Shown here in pieces: positions 62,301-64,000 of a stretch of 64,000 nucleotides of DNA. Numbering within the stretch: the first letter of the stretch is position 1; every line of letters begins with the position of its first letter. Source of the stretch: Carcharhinus longimanus. Its lineage: Eukaryota. The DNA is taken from the NCBI GenBank assembly GCA_030264375.1, contig JASCQW010000190.1:36734400-36798399 (forward strand), given 5' to 3'. The position numbers and the translations under genes were made by a program. Below the pieces are notes generated by a model. It saw nothing but the letters and a program-made list of their open reading frames with translations. It was not told the origin of the DNA and searched no databases.

Positions 62301-62763
62301 TTTAACATTGAGAAATTTCCCAGAGCTGTTAGATCACCTATATGAGGTAGAGGTGTTGTGACAGCTGAGGTACCCATTGTGGGATAATTACTGCTTGTAT
62401 TACTATTGTTATTACTGTTAGAACTGCTAACGTTGCTGTTGCTAGTGATGCTGGAAGTGTCCACCTCCATGGATTCTTCCTGGTCAACTTTTTTATGCTC
62501 TACAAGATCATTACAGTCTGCTTGACTTGTGTTATTAATTTTGTCATTTGCTTCTTCAACAGGATTATCGGGAGATCTTGGAGAGGAGGCTTCTGAAGGA
62601 GCTGTTGAATTTTCATTTACAATCAGAACCAATTGTTTCTTAGTGCAAGTTTTTTTGTGATGAAGGAAATCGGGCAGTTCAAAGAACTCAGCACAACATC
62701 GGCCACAGACATGAGCATCCCCATTCTTAAGGACTCGTTCTTCCTGCCCTTCTCGTGAAGTTC
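59345..62763 (-). CDS. SALL1: Spalt-like transcription factor 1, large coding exon 2 (C2HC finger, Q-rich region, C2H2 clusters ZFC1-ZFC4)
   Basis: The acceptor ttttctag|GA at 62764/62763 (phase 1) gives (G)[51 protein letters not shown], which continues into the 1114-aa ORF. That ORF has [24 protein letters not shown], four SAL-box motifs F(S/T)TKGNLK, finger clusters of 2, 3, 2 and 2, and [10 protein letters not shown]. The donor is AAG|gtat at 59345/59344. Length 3419 = 2 + 3x1139, so the phase is consistent. Confidence 0.97.
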
Positions 62764-64000
62764 CTAGAAAACAAAAGGGACAGGAGATTAGTCAACAAAC
62801 AGACACAAGATTCCTCACCAAGTATGGCACACAAACAACATCAACAAAATATGGAGGTGGGAGAGGGGGGGTGGTGGAGTAGAAAAAAAATCAATGCTTG
62901 GACATCATAGATCTTACTTAGAATGAAGATCTGTAAAGCTTGCAACTGGATTCCATCATTCACTAAATCTCAGTGAATCAAGTACCTTAAGACTGTCTGT
63001 CAAAATATACATTTCTTCAAATTAAAGACATTGGAGCTTAATGAAATTCCATAGAAAGTATTGATTTCCAATATTTCATACACATCATCTCCTTGTCCAC
63101 TGGGTGCAAATCAAACATTTGAGGACTTGTTAAGACTCTTCAGTATCTGTCAACTTTTTTTTTCACTTCGAGCAGAATAAGAGAGGTCTTTGATAGTTCA
63201 CTCCCTGTCACTAAACCAATTTGTAATCATTCAGATCCCAATCACTATATGACGAGAAACAGTGGCCATGTCATCTGGCTGCAGAAGAGATATTGGGATC
63301 TAATATCTAAATGTTTCATGGAATCCTCCATGACTCAAAGCATTGCCTTTTAAATATATTATATACAAACCAAATAAAATATATATTTTGTAAAATAGTT
63401 TTTGTTACATCAGCAGATGATTAAACACAAAATAATGCTCAAAATATGTTTAAAATTATGTTTTCAATATATAAGCATAACATGCCTGCACTTATCCCTT
63501 AAAAATAATTTTTAATAATAGTTTTAATGCTCTAAATATTGCAAGATTTTCTTTAAAGCATTTTTATCATCCTTGAGGGTGGTCTGCTACCAACCAATTT
63601 TTCAGGATCTCTTACATTTCAAAATTGTTAACCTATTTTCGAACTTTCTTAAACATTATTTTATATGGTGTCATACATTGAAGAATATCTGGAAGGCTAA
63701 TATATTTCTATTGCTGTATTTACATTGGTAGCTGAACAAGTTTGGTGGACACTCTGGATATCCAATTGAAAAACTATAATATTTACATTGCTGTGGACCT
63801 CTGACCTTTTAAACCCAGCAACGCAGGTGCAGAGAAGGGACACCAGCATTGCAACTAATTCACCACATTGGTGCCCTTTATTGCTTGGAGACATGCAAAG
63901 AGATCAAAGACTCTCGCTATACACTCTCATCGAACAGTTGTAAAACTGGTACAACATTCACACAAGAAATGGTTCTCATACTGGTATGTGGGGAGAGAAT
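62764..64000 (-). other. SALL1: SALL1 intron 1 (3' part); exon 1 with the MSRRKQAKP NuRD motif is outside the window
   Basis: Polypyrimidine tract and AG precede exon 2. No MSRRKQ-coding sequence is seen up to 64000. Confidence 0.85.

Noticed and set aside
62630-62632. Start of the 1114-aa ORF (and the start at 57617 for exon 3)
   Set aside because: These are TTG starts chosen by the ORF caller. The real exon boundaries are the splice acceptors at 62763 and 57605.
57165-62763. Alternative assignment as SALL3 or SALL4
   Set aside because: [35 protein letters not shown] and the EIVxx C-terminus match SALL1 best.

Overview
AT-rich, repeat-laden vertebrate genomic DNA with small N gaps. It is almost certainly from a shark or other elasmobranch, since it carries HE1/V-SINE-like, SacSINE1/Deu-like, CR1, L2, Rex1-like and Penelope-like repeats. 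The only host protein-coding gene is SALL1 on the minus strand: exon 2 at 59345-62763 and the exon 3 CDS at 57165-57605. Exon 1 lies beyond the right edge. The rest is the gene desert 3' of SALL1, and nearly all other listed ORFs are transposon debris or noise. Main points worth a second look: (1) a sharp, TE-free, AT-rich but CpG-retaining domain at about 50.0-55.4 kb just downstream of the SALL1 3' end; (2) two tandem SNRPG (Sm G) retro-pseudogene pieces at about 23 kb, separated by a MITE; (3) a roughly 190-bp local sequence copied in inverted orientation into the middle of an L2 fragment; (4) a roughly 295-bp tandem triplication carrying nested insertions with an 11-bp target-site duplication (TSD); (5) Penelope termini with hammerhead-ribozyme cores; (6) a family of short terminal-inverted-repeat (TIR) MITEs; (7) a 35-bp-period repeat with constant and variable halves. 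I found no convincing wholly new biological system. Repeat family names come from motif recall, not database searches, and their boundaries are approximate.
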